Shown here piece by piece: positions 1-13,418 of a stretch of 64,000 nt of DNA. Both the position numbers and the translations under genes were made by a program. This DNA is from the human T2T-CHM13v2.0 reference genome, Homo sapiens. Numbering within the stretch: position 1 is the stretch's first letter; each line of letters opens with the position of its first letter. The notes under the pieces are model-generated. The model saw only the letters and a list, made by a program, of their open reading frames with translations. It ran no database searches and was not told where the DNA came from. The DNA lies in NCBI RefSeq assembly GCF_009914755.1, contig NC_060935.1, one strand, 5' to 3'.

Positions 1-239
1 CATGTGTTGGTCACTAAACTAACCATTCAGACATGTCAGTGGCCACACATGAGAAATAGAATTTTACAAAATTAGTTCCCAAAATTCACTAAACAAACAA
101 ACAACTAAAAACAGCAACAACAAACCCTGGAGAGTGGGAAAGAATCTGAATTCCAAAGTTGCCACACTGTGTTATCTTGAATGTCCAATATTCAACAAAA
201 AATTAAAGTCATGCAAAGAAACAAGAAAGTAAGGCCCAT

Positions 240-243
240 ACAC

Positions 244-285
<42 letters not shown>
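240..285. repeat. (CA)n microsatellite
   Basis: About 20 CA units. Confidence 0.97.
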
Positions 286-287
<2 letters not shown>

Positions 288-734
288 GTCAATAGAAACT
301 TTCCCTGAGGAAGAAAAAATATTGAACTTACTAGACAAAGACTTTACATCAACTACTTAAACATGTTCAAAGTACTAAAGGAAGCCATAGCTAAAGACCT
401 ACAGGGAAGTATGAAAATTATGTTTCATCCAATAAAAAATAAAAAGATAGAAATTATTTTTTGAAAAACCAAATATTAATTCAGAAGTTGAAAACTAACT
501 GAAGTGAAAAATTCACTAGAGCTCAATAGCGGATTTGAGCCAGCAGAAGAAAGAATCTGCAAACGTCAAGATAAGTAGATTGAGATTATTCCGTATGAGA
601 AAAGAAAAGAGAATAAACAAAAGGAATAGAGCCTCAGAGTCCTGTGGGACATCAGTAAATTACCAACATACACATAATGAAAATCCAAGAGAGGCTAGAA
701 AGGAGCAGAAAAAATATTTTAAAAAATAATGACC

Positions 735-1076
<342 letters not shown>

Positions 1077-1129
1077 TTACATGTCCAAGAAGCTCAAGAA
1101 ACTCCAACCAGGATACACTCAAAGACAAT

Positions 1130-1602
1130 TAAAATATTCTAAAATTGGTTGTTGTGATAGTTGCACTTTAAATATACAAAAAGCTATTGAATTGTACTCT
1201 TTATATCTGTAAATTGAATGGTATGTTAATTATATCTCAATAAAGTTTTTAAAAAGAGAATGAGGTACCAATACATCCTTACAACATGGATGAACCTTTA
1301 AAACTTTGTTCTAAGTGAAAGAAGCCAGTCACAAAAAGCCACGTATCATATAGCCCACTCATATAAAATGTTCATAATAGGCAATTCCATAGACACAGAA
1401 ACTAGATTTGCGCTTGCAGAAGTTGGAGGGAAGGGAGTTACTGACAATGGGTATGGGATTCCTTTAGGGAGTGATAAAAATATTCTGCAATTAAATAGTT
1501 GTGATGGATTCACAATCTTGTGAATATGCCAAAAATCACTGAACTACATACACTAAAAGGGTGAACTTTATGGTGTGTAAGTTATATCTCAATGTTTATA
1601 AA
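1130..1602 (+). mobile_element. L1M (L1MB/MC-like) 3' end fragments, two in tandem
   Basis: Twice ends in ...ttatatctcaat; acaacatggatgaacctt and ctaagtgaaagaagccagtcacaaaa motifs. Confidence 0.7.
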
Positions 1603-3635
1603 AGCAACACCCTCCTCCCCAGAAATTTCAGTAGTGAAAAGGTGTAAAACCATTGTAATGGTTGCACATGTTTATGCTGGAAAATTGGTAAACTGAAATG
1701 TTTCTTTAAAACACTTATACTTCATTGGGAGAGAGTTATTTCTTTGGAAAATGCCCTTTCTCTTTTTTCTATGAATAGTCAAAGTTTCAGGAAAAAGAAC
1801 CAGTAATACACATGTATTTTAAAAGGTGTGACTAAGTGTCAGAGGGTAGATTGTGCAAGATAGGTACCTTAGAGCTTGACCAGGACAACTCTTTGCTAAT
1901 CTTCAGGAATTCTTGGGACTCTGGCCCTGACTCAGCCAAGACAAGAATAGTGAGCTAATGATTAATGATGTGATGATTAAAGTTCAAATTCTCCTGGTGG
2001 CAGTCAGAACCAGTTTGTTTATTGATGGCTTATACCCAGTATAATCAGTTGGATATCCTGGCTTGGCTATGTGACCAAGAGGATATAAAAGACCCTGTTG
2101 GAAATGTTTAAGTACCTTTCCCAAAACAAAGATTTATCATCACACAATTCTTGGTAATTCAATTTGGAAACATTGCATATCCTGATGCAAATAAGAAAGA
2201 CACTGGGGAGCTGCGCTTGGAAGTTTCTTGGACCTCTGATGCTTTCTTGCAATCTCTTGTTCCTGCTTTACTGTATCCTCTGCCTTTATTGAATATGCTC
2301 TTCGAGGCCTTGTTAGTCTTTCAATTATCCAGCCTAATGCAATCTCTTTTCATGAGTAATGCATTCCATACTGCAGATCTTTTTTATAAAAAGTAAAGGA
2401 GCAGCAATCTCAGTAATTATATTCAAATGAGACTCTCAAAACCCTGTGAGCAAATATAAGCAAAATTAGTCCCACCTGTGGGACAGCGCCAATATACCCA
2501 GCAGCTGTTCATGAGTAGAGATGGCAGAGAGAATACTGCCTGTTCCCAAACATAGAAATCCAATCTGGTTGTCCAACCCAAACCACGAAAATCGTTGCAT
2601 TCCACAGACAAGGATACAAGAGTTATATTTGTGAAAAAGAAGCTTCTGCTGCTCAAGAACTTTCTCAATGATGCCTGAAATTGAGGGTCAAGAAACAAAC
2701 CCCAGAATCTAGTAATCGACTCTTGAGTACCACCCCACCCCACATTATCTAGACCATAGGTCTAAGTCAGAGATTCTGATGATCTCCTCAGGTACTTTGG
2801 CAAATTCATCACAAATATCTCCTGTTAATATATGGGTAAAGAAATGTTTGGGGTTAATATGTGGGTAGAGAAATGTCGGGATGACCAGAGCCATCCTCAT
2901 ACATAGTCATATCTCTGTAGCACAAGTGTTCAAATTTCTCCAAATTCCACCACTAAAAAGATATCAGAGCCACATGGATCCATACCTTCATGGCTTAGAT
3001 GTTTTCCCATGCTTTGCTTGAGCTCACACTATCAAGAAGGTACCAAGAGAAAGGCACCATTCTTTGAACTTAATCGCCAGACCCACTTCTTCTGGTTGCT
3101 ATTTAACCAGACTGGTCATCCACTCTCATTTATTCTGTCATCCTTTCTACCCAAAGTATAACCAGTTGAACAGTGTGGATTGCCACCACCCTAGAGCATT
3201 TCAACAATATCCTGGCTCTAGGTTCTCTAATCTTCTTCCTAACAAAGACTACACAGGGGTTGTATTAGTCACTCACCTCCCTCCCACCCCTGGCCGTATT
3301 CTGTACTTCCCTACAAGGAGCTATTAAGCTTAAGACCCATGAATTCAGCCAGCAATTTGTCTTTCTCATTTGCTTATAAAATAAGCAAGGTTTACAAGGG
3401 AAACTCCTGAGGCAGGTCTTCTGAAGCTGGAAAATAATTTCAACCCCTACACACAAATTAAGCCAGAGAGAATTGAAGCTGATGAGGCATTTAAGTGGGC
3501 AATAAAAATCTGGAGTTGGTGGAGGGAGAACCACCTAAGGTGAGCTGAAATACGTAACACTTGCAAGAATCTCCCAGACAGGAACTCCGACTAGTCTAAG
3601 CAACCCTGTAAGACCTAAAACAAGTTTTCTTCCTC

Positions 3636-4000
3636 TCTTACTCCATTTGGGCTGTTATAATGAATTAACAAAAACTGGATAGTTTGGAAACATAAGAAAT
3701 GTATTTCTCACAGTTCTGGAGCCTTGGAAGTCCAACATCTAGGCACATTCACTGTCTGATGAGGGCCCACATCCTGGATCACTTCTCATTGAAATCATTT
3801 CTTCCTACTCTGTCCTCACATGGTAGAAGAGGCAAAGGATCTCTCAGGCCTTTTTTATAAGGGCACTAATCCCATTCGTGGGGTCTCTACCTTTATGGCC
3901 TAATCACCTTCCAAAGACCTCACTTCCTCATACCATCATATTGGGGGTAGGATTTCAACATATGAATTTGGGGGAGACAAAAACATTCAGACCATAGCAC
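3636..4000 (-). mobile_element. MaLR solo LTR (MLT1A/MST-like)
   Basis: tatttctcacagttctggag, ataagggcactaatcccatt, acatatgaatttgggggg and cattcagaccatagca motifs. Confidence 0.8.
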
Positions 4001-6465
4001 TTCTTTTGTCAATACTTACTGACGAAGCCTAAGGAGTAATAAAGGAACAGAATCCCAAGATGGGGAATAAAAAGGGGAATCTACTAACTTTTCTCTCAAG
4101 GTGAAGTGTCTTTTAGAAAGGAAAAAAGGGGAGAAAAGTCCCTCAAAGATCTTCTTTGAAGACAAGGTTTAGAACTTAGCTCTTATATCCTGAGAACTTA
4201 CTCCATCTCACCTAGAAAAATCAGGAAAAAGTGAGGAGAAAGAGAAAAAAAAAATCACAGTTTTAGTTTTCCACAAGCCTTGATGCAAGACACATCCAAA
4301 TCAATCCTCTGCCCAAATAACTTCTAATCCATGCACTTCCTTTTTCCTTCGTTAGAGTTTGCTTAAAAACCTAGAAAATGTACCTGCTTGACCTGGCAAA
4401 GCAATGGGGGTGGTTCTAATTGGCTAACAGCCTAAAATACTTGATGGTGTCCCTGGACTAATTAATTTTATTAAACACATTTGAGCTGGATTCTAGTGAG
4501 TGTTGCTAAAAGGAGGGATTCATTTATTACTTCATTCAGCAAACAGTTGTATAATTTTAATGTGCATGGTGCTGTTCTAGGCACCTGGGATCAATTATGA
4601 AAAGTACAGAAAATCAGTATGTTCATGAACTTTATATTCCTTTGAGAAAGTGCACACAACAGGAGGTAAGCCTGATGATGGGTTTAGTATAATCAATTCT
4701 TATGAAAAGATAATGCCCATATTTAGGCTTGGGAAACACACAATCTTTCCTGTGTATGTTTCCCCTAGATTTCTAAATTTTCTCTTTTGTCTACCCAGTC
4801 TGGTGACACAGACTGTGTCCCCTCAACCATGTCCCCTCATCCAACTTTTGTCCTCTCAGCTCTGGGCTTTACATATTCAGGTCCATGTTCATAATCCTTG
4901 CAACTCCATGGGGTTGTGATGAAGGTCAAATGTTTTAATGGAAGGTGAAATTATTGTTATAATCTCTTATTGTTAATATGGCCCTTGGCAATTGTATGGC
5001 CAAGGTCCATGCCTGGTTAGCCCTGCAACACTCTTTTCACTTCCCCTTCAGAGCCAACCACTCTCTAGTCTTGGCCATTTGTAAAGCCGTTTTCCCAGGC
5101 CATCATGTTGACACAGCTGCTTATGGTACCCATATCCTGGTTCCCCTGTCTGTTCTATGCATTACGTGTATGTAATTAGAACTTCCAACATTTCATTCCA
5201 TAAGTATGCTGACCAAAGTAGCTGAAGACCAGTAATGTAAATTCGTTTTTCTGTTTTGTTTTTTTTTTTTGTCTTTACTTGGATTCTCGCTACATGTAGA
5301 GCATAGGTGGTAGTCTCCCTTTAATTCTCATCCATATGTAGACACAAAACTTTTCCTTAAGGGTCCCTTATAACATCTTGCATGTGCTAAAACTTGAAAA
5401 CACTAAAAGAGAAAATAAACAGATAAACATAGATGGTGCAAGAACCACGAAACAATGTTAGGTATATTCCCCATGTGACTGCAACCAGGAATAACTATCC
5501 TATAGCTAGGAATCACTTTAAGTCCTATATAATGGCACACTAACCATGCAATAAGTGAAATATTCACCTTTGACGAAGTTACCAACATAACACTAATGAG
5601 CAATCTGTTTCCTCTGGCACTCATATCCATCTCAATGAACCTAACATCCCCCTTCGTGACCTTCATGCCCTTTCCGTGATACCCATATCTACAGTAGCTT
5701 GACCTTTAAAGCTTAGGAGTAGCACTTTTGTTCCTTCATTCACTTCCATCTCCCATTTACAGCCCCCAATTGCATTAGAGTGATTCATATATCGCTTTCG
5801 AAATGCCAACGGACACACAGTGACTCACGTTCCCTGCTTTCATCCTCATATTTCCTTATGGAAATACTGAGGTCCTGCATGTGCCATTTTAGTGAATGTC
5901 CCAGGTTTTCCCTATCTTCCAAAGCAGGAATTGCTCAAGTTATGAGGGACTTTGCTGAAGATCCTGGCATGTATGGGATTAATAGGTTTTCCTTCAGAGA
6001 GGCTTCCAGGTGTTTCAAGCTGCCATCCAATCTTTCAGGCAACAAGTCTTCTTCCCAGGCTACTTAGTGCAATTTCAAACACTAAGGAAGATTTAAAACT
6101 GCTGGTGGATGAATATGAGTGTGTTTTTAGAGGCATAAAACTAGGTGTGCTGGTGCCTTCTCTCTCTCCTTTGTGCCCTCATCTTACACTGGGCTTCAAA
6201 CACTGTTTCCCTCCTTTTGTTTGGCTGTGTGGGAAGCCACTTTCTAATCCCTAGACTGAGGTGGTATGGCCACTGCCAGTAAGAAAAATGGGAATTTCTG
6301 GAGGTACGTCCGTTAAAATTGCTGGGATGGAGACAAGGCTGATTGTGAAAGCAATATTTCCACAGGGTAGTCTAAGGGAAAGGGAGCACCTTGGATGAAC
6401 CGGTAGTCTGCACTTGAGACTAACACACTGTCACCAGCAGGAGAAGATTTTTTGCTGTGTTCTCT

Positions 6466-6838
6466 GTGTGTTAGTTTGTTCTCACACTGCTATATAGAAA
6501 TACCCAAGACTGGGTAATTTATAAAGGAAAGAGGTTTAATTGACTTACAGTTCTGCAAGGCTGGGGAGGCCTCAGGAAACTTAGAATCATGATGGAAGGG
6601 GAAGAAAACATAACCCTTCTCACAAGCGGTCAGGAGCGAGAAGTGCGAGAAGTGAAGGGGGAAGAGTCCCGTATAAAACTGTCAGTTCTCGTGAGAGCTC
6701 ATTATTACGAGAACAGCATGGGGGAAACCACCCCCATGATTCAACTACCTCCACCTGGTCTCTCCCTTTACATGTGGGGATTATGGAGATTATAATTCAA
6801 GATGAGATTCTGGGTGGGGACACAGCCAAACTATACCA
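6466..6838 (-). mobile_element. MaLR solo LTR (THE1/MSTA-like)
   Basis: gactgggtaatttataaaggaaagaggtttaattgac...gggtggggacacagccaaac. Confidence 0.9.
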
Positions 6839-6989
6839 CTATGGATCATGTTTTAGGAAGAAATTAGAATTCAAAGAAATCGTAGTTGAAGGGAGAGAAA
6901 TAAGACTAGTACATCTTTCCACATTCTCACAAATCTCCAATCAAAGGGCAGTGTGGACAATTCCCCAGTGCTCGCAGGGAAGGTCTAAT

Positions 6990-7332
6990 CAAGATAGAAT
7001 AGAATCGTGGTTATCAGAGGCTGGGGGAAAGGGAAGACACTGGTCAAGGGTACAAAATTTTCATTAGACAGGAGGAATAATTTCTGGTAATCTATTACAC
7101 ACCATGGTGACTATAGTTAGTAATAATGCATTATATACTTCAAAATAGCTAAAAGGACGTTAAATGTTCTCGCTAGAAAGAAATAATAAGTATTTGAGAT
7201 GACAGATATGCTAAGTAGCGTGATTTGATCATTCCACAATGTATACATGTATCCAAACATCACATTGTACCTGATAAATATATACAATTATTACTTATCA
7301 ATTAAAAATAAAATGGAACTTAAAAAAAGAAA
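6990..7332 (+). mobile_element. L1MA 3' end
   Basis: ggtgactatagttagtaataat...catcacattgtacc...aattaaaaata followed by an A-rich tail. Confidence 0.8.
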
Positions 7333-7602
7333 TATATGGCCTGGAGGATTCACCAGGAGTTATTAAGTTGCTTAATGGAATTGACAAAGTGTAGGCTTTA
7401 CCTCCGACAGGGCTGCATTGAAATCGTGACTCTGCCACTTGCAGGCTAGGTGTCTTGTAAGCCAACCAGGCAATCTGTTCCTCCATCTGCGAAATGAAAG
7501 AAAAAGAAAATTATGCTCTTTTTTCCTGACAACCTGGAACATATTCCTAAGCCCCTCTGTGATAAAGTCACTAAATAACAAGAAATTTAATAGGTTTAGG
7601 AA

Positions 7603-8163
7603 TTGGATCCTGAGGGTCTTTTTTAGCAATTGAACCGGACTAACTGCCACTACTAGTGCAGATCTGAACAGCAGTATGGATATCATTGGAATATCAAATG
7701 CAGAGTTCAGACTTGCTAACATAACTGCGTAGGAGGAGGGTGCAATCTTCCTTAGTGCTGCAATGAACATAAGTATGCATATATCTTTATAATAGAATGA
7801 TTTATATTCCTTTGGGCATACGCCCAGTAATGGGATTGCTCATCTCAAATACTTGTACCTAAGCTGAGAGGACACAAGTTGGATGAGGGGACATGGCTGA
7901 GGGGACACAGTCTGTGTCACCAGACCTAAGTAACCATCCCTGAACCATGTTAAAGGCAGTATTAGGATAGGCAGATGAGCTCAGTTAGTGTTATTCCACA
8001 AATTGCCTTTTTCCGGGAAATTGCACCCTCCTCCTACACAGTTATGTTAGCAAGTCTGAACTCTGCCTTTGATATTCCAAAGATATCCATCCTTCTGTTC
8101 AGATCTGCATTAGTGGTGGCAGTTAGTCCAGTTCAATTGCTAAGAAAGACCCTCAGGATCCAA
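7603..8163. repeat. Inverted repeat: 144-bp arms 7603-7746 and 8020-8163, 273-bp spacer
   Basis: Manual alignment: 135/144 identical, no gaps; also seen as near-identical peptides in ORFs 7372..7770(-) and 7975..8214(+). Confidence 0.95.
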
Positions 8164-9197
8164 ACTGGTAATGCTGACAAAGACAGTTTCTTACAGGCAA
8201 AGGATACAATATAGCAACAGCATTAATGTAAGGATATACACCTCAGCCTAAGGCTGCCTCATAGGGAGGGGTCCAAAGAGGCTGGGAGTGGGCTCTAAGT
8301 ATTCTCCCTGCGCAAGGATGTATGGATGCACTTTTCTGTTTGGTCAGGAACCACCTACGTATGTGCAAACCTCTCAGATCCAGTGAGGCCAAAATGGCAT
8401 TACAGCCTGGTCTTCTGCTACCCTGCTGTTCATGTGGGCATAGTCTGCTATATAATGGCAGGCTTATGCTATATAATGCTATATAATTGAGGACTCATTG
8501 AGACCCAATGCAAATCATCAATGTCACTGTTATCAGTAGACGGTGCAGATGAGCTCTACTTAGGGGTCATTGATGTGAAACTTCAGCAAAACAGCTTGGG
8601 AGAATTGTAGCCCTGGTTGAGTCAACCTCCCAGCATACAACCCCATCCCCAGTCATCAGAAGTCATGGTCCAGTGTACATCAAATTGGCCCCTAAAAATG
8701 CTAAAAATGCCCTTCTCAATGTGACCCTAACCCATAATTTCACATTTTCCTTGTACAGTCATATGTCACTTAACAATAAGAATACATTCTGAGGAACTCA
8801 TTGATAGGCAATTTCATCGTTGTGCAAACATCATAACAAACCTAGAAGATACAAACTACGACAGACCTAGGCTATGTGATATAGTCTATTGCTTCTAGTC
8901 TACAAACATGCAAGTTACTGTACACAATTGTAGCACAATAATAACTATTTGCATTTCTAGGTATATCTAAACATAGAAAAGGTACAGTAAAAATACACTT
9001 TAAAAGATAAACGATGGTATACCTGCGGAGGACTGAAAGTTGCTCTAGGTGCAAGAGTGAGAGGGTGGTGAGTGAATGTGAAGGCCTAGAATATTACTGT
9101 TAACTATTGTTGATTTTATAAATACTGTACACAGGCTACACTACATTTATTTTTAAATACTTTTCATTCTTCAGTAACAAGTAAGCAACTTCTGTAA

Positions 9198-9518
<321 letters not shown>

Positions 9519-9564
9519 TAAACTTTGTAATTTTTTTAAGCTCTCATTTTTTCAGATTTTTGGG

Positions 9565-12500
9565 GTTTTTTAAATTTTATTTTAAGTTCCAAGATACATG
9601 TGCAGGATGTGCAGATTTGTTACATAGGTAAACATGTGCCGCGGTGGTTTGCTGCACCTATCAACCCATCACCCAGATATTAAACCCAGCATGCATTAGC
9701 TATTTTTCCTGATGCTCTCCCTCTCCATGCCCCACTCGACAGGTCTCAGTGTGTGTTGTTCCCCTCTGTGTTCATGTGTTTGGATAGTTCAGCTCCCATT
9801 TATAAGTGAGAACATGTGGTGTTTGGTTTTCTGTTCCTGTGTTAGTTTGCTGAGGATGATGGCTTCCAGCTCCATCCATGTCCCTGCAAAGAACATGATC
9901 TTATTGCTTTTTATGGATGCATAGTATTCCTTGGTGTATATGTACCAATGATAGATCCAGTCTATCATTGATGGGCATTTGGGTTGATACCGTGTCATTG
10001 CTATTGTGAATAGTGCTGCAATGAACATAAGTATGCATATATCTTTCTAATAGAATGATTTATATTCCTTTGGGCATATGCCCAGTAATGGGATTGCTGG
10101 GTCAAATGGTATTCCTGGTTCTAGGTCTTTGAGAAATCACCACACTGTCTTTCACAATGGAACTAATTTACATTCCCACCAACAGTGTAAAAGGGTTCCT
10201 ATTTCTCTGCAACCTCACCAGCATCTGTTGTTTCTTGACTTTTTAATAATTGCCATTCTGACTAGCATGAGATGGTATCTCACTGTGGTTTTGATTTGCA
10301 TTTCTCTAATGAACAGTGATGTTGAGCTTTTTTTATGTTTCCTGGCTGCATAAATGTCTTATTTTGAGAATGTTTGTTCATGTCCTTTGCCCACTTTTTG
10401 ATGGGGTTGTTTGTTTTTTTCTTGTAAATTTGTTTAAGTTTCCCTTGTAGATTCTGGATATGAGACCTCTGTCAGATAGATTGCAGAAATTTTATCCATT
10501 TCTCTAGGTTGTCGCTCACTCTGATGATAGTTTATTTTGCTGTGCAGAAGCTCTTTAGTTTAATTAGAGCCCATTTGTCAATTTTTGCTTTTATTGCAAT
10601 TGCTTTTGACATTTTTGTCATGAAATCTTTGCCCATGCCTATGTCCTGAATGGTATTGCCTAGATTTTCTTCTAGGGTTTTTACAGTTTTGGGTTTTACA
10701 CTTAAGTCTTTAATCCATCTTGAGTTAATTTTTGTATAAGGTATAAAGGAGGGGTCCAGTTTCAATTTTCTGCATATGGTTAGCCAGTTCTCCCAGCACC
10801 ATTTATTAAATAAGGAATCCTTTCCCCATTGCTTGTTTTTGTCAGGTTTGTTGAAGATCACATGGTTGTAGATGTACAGTCTGATTTCTGAGTTCTCTAT
10901 TCTGTTCCATTGGTTTATGTGTCAGTTCTTGTGCCAGTACCATGCTCTTTTGGTTACTGTAACCTTGTAGTATGTGCAGTCTTATAGCTGAGTTCTGTAT
11001 TCTGTTCCATTAATCTATGTGTCTGGTTTTGTACCAGTACCATGCTGTTTTGACTGTAGCCTTTTAGTATAGTTTGAAGTCAGGTAGTGTGTTGCCTTCA
11101 GCTTTGTTCTTTTTGCTTAGGATTTTCTTGACTATATGGGCTCTTTTTTGGTTCCATATGAAATTTAAAGTAGTTTTTTTCTAATTCTGTGAAGAATGTC
11201 AATAGTAGTTTAATGGGAATAGCATTGAATCTATACATTTGAGCAGTATGGCCATTTTCACGATATTGATTCTTCCTATCCATGAGCATAGAATGTTTTT
11301 CCATTTGTTTGTGCCCTCTCTTATTTCCTTGAGCAGTGGTTTGTCATTCTCCTTGAAGAGGTCCTTCACATCCCTTGTAAGTTGTATTCCTAGGTATTTT
11401 ATTCTCCTTGTAGCAGTTGTGAATGGGAGTTCACTCATGATTTGGCTCTCTGCTTGTCTATTGTCAGTGTATAGGAATGCTTGTGATTTTTGCACATTGA
11501 TTTTGTATCCTGAGACTGTGCTGAAGTTGCTTATCAGATTAAGAAGCTTTTGGGCTGAGACAATGGGGTTTTTTAGATATAGGATCATGTCATCCGCAAA
11601 CAGAGACAGTTTGACTTCCTCTCTATTTGAATACCCCTTATTTCTTTCTCTTGCCCGATTGTTCTGGCAGAACATCCAATACTATGTTGAATAAAAGTGG
11701 TGAGAGAGGGCATCTTTGTCTTGTGCTGGTTTTTGAGGGGCATGCTTCCAGCTTTTGCCCATTCAGTATAGTATTGGCTGTGGGTTTGTCGTAAATGGCT
11801 CTTATTACTTTGAAGTATGTTCCATCAATACCTAGTTTATTGAGAGTTTTTAACATGAAGGAATGTTGAATTTTACTGAAGGTCTTTTCTGTATCTATTG
11901 AGATAATCATGTGTTTTTTGTCTTTAGTTCTGTTTATGTGATGGATTATGTTCATTGATTTGCATATGTTGAACCAGGCTTGCAACCCAGGGATGAAGCC
12001 AACATGATTGTGGTGGATAAGCTTTTTGATGTGCTGCTGGATTTGGTTTGCCAGTGTTTTTTTGAGGATTTTTTTCACCGATGTTCATCAGGGATATTGG
12101 CCTGAAGTTTGCTTGTTGTTGTTGTTTCTCTTCCAGGTTTTGATATCAGGATGATGCTAGCCTTATAGAATGAGTTAGGGAGGAGTCCCTCCATTTCAAT
12201 TGTTTGGAATAGTTTCAGAAGAAATGGTACCAGCTCCTCTTTGTACCTCTGGTAGAATTCAGCTGTAAATCCATCTGGTCCTGGGTTTTTTTGGGTTTTA
12301 TGCTATTTCTTACTGCCTCAATTTCAGAACTCGTTATTGGTCTATTCAGGGATTCAGCTTCTTCCTGGTTCAGTCTTGGGAAGGTGTATGTGTCCAAGAA
12401 TTTATCCATTTCTTCCAGGTTTTCTAGTTTATTTGCATAGAGGTGTTTATAGTATTCTCAAATGATTGTTTGTATTTCTGTGGGGTCAGGATGATATCTG

Positions 12501-12993
12501 CTTTATCACTTTTTATTGTATCTATTTGATTTTTCTCTCTTCTCTTCTTTATTAGTCTAGCTAATGATCTATTTTATTAATTTTTGCAAAACCAGTTCCT
12601 GGGTTCATTGTTTTTTTGAAGGGTTTTTTGTGTCTCTGTTGCCTTCAGTTCTGCTCTGATCTTGGTTATTTCTTGTCTTCTGCTAGCTTTGGCGTTTGTT
12701 TGCTCTTGGCTCTCTAGTTCTTTCAGTAGTGACATTAGGATGTTGATTTGAGATCTTTCTACCTTTTTGACGTGCGCATTTAGTGCTATAAATTTCCCTC
12801 TTGATGATGCCTTAGCTGTGTTCCAGAGATGCTGGTACACTGTCTCTTTGTTCTTATTGGTTTCAAAGAACTTCTGAATTCCTGCCTTAATTTCATTATT
12901 TACCCAGGAGTCATTCAGGAGTAGGTTGTTCAGTTTCCATGTAGTTGTATGGTTTTGACAGAGTTTCTTAACCTTGAGTTCTAATTTGATTGT
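9565..12993 (-). mobile_element. 5'-truncated L1PA (about 3.4 kb, ORF2 fragments plus 3'UTR), inactive
   Basis: ORF track shows broken ORF2 peptides ([53 protein letters not shown]). Confidence 0.97.
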
Positions 12994-13104
12994 GTAAACT
13001 TTTTGAAATATAATAACACTTAGCTTTAAACACAATTTAAACACAAATATATGATACAGCTGCACAGAAATATATCCTTTATATCCTTATTCTATAAGCC
13101 TTTT

Positions 13105-13418
13105 TAATTTTTTATTTACTTATTTATTTTTGAGATGGAGTCTCGCTTTGTCGCCCAGGCTGGAGTGTGCCGTGGAGTGATCTTGGCTCACTCCAACCTC
13201 CACTTCCTGGGTTCAAGCAATCCTCCCACCTCAGCCTTCTGAGTAGCTAGGATTGAAGGCATGCACCGCCACACCCAGCTAAATTTTTTTGTATTTTTAG
13301 TAGAGATGGGGTTTCACCATATTGGCCAGGCTGGTTTCAAATGCTTAACCTCAAGTGATCTGCCTGCCTTGGCCTCCCAAAGTGCTAGGATTACAGGCAT
13401 AAGCTGCCATGCCAAGCC
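13105..13418 (-). mobile_element. Alu
   Basis: Alu consensus. Confidence 0.95.

Noticed and set aside
2150-2400. Stop-poor stretch that might be a processed pseudogene or exon
   Set aside because: Translations resemble no protein I recognise; no poly(A)/TSD or convincing splice pair.
7853-7946. Further tiny matches near the mosaic: ttgtacct (7853-7860) to 7265-7272, and ccatccctgaacc (7934-7946) to about 25348
   Set aside because: 8-mer and distant 13-mer matches are within chance expectation, so they were not counted as templated pieces.
9712-13065. Reverse-transcriptase-like ORFs, also at 31651-34376
   Set aside because: Frameshifted fragments of 5'-truncated L1PA ORF2; no intact ORF or promoter.
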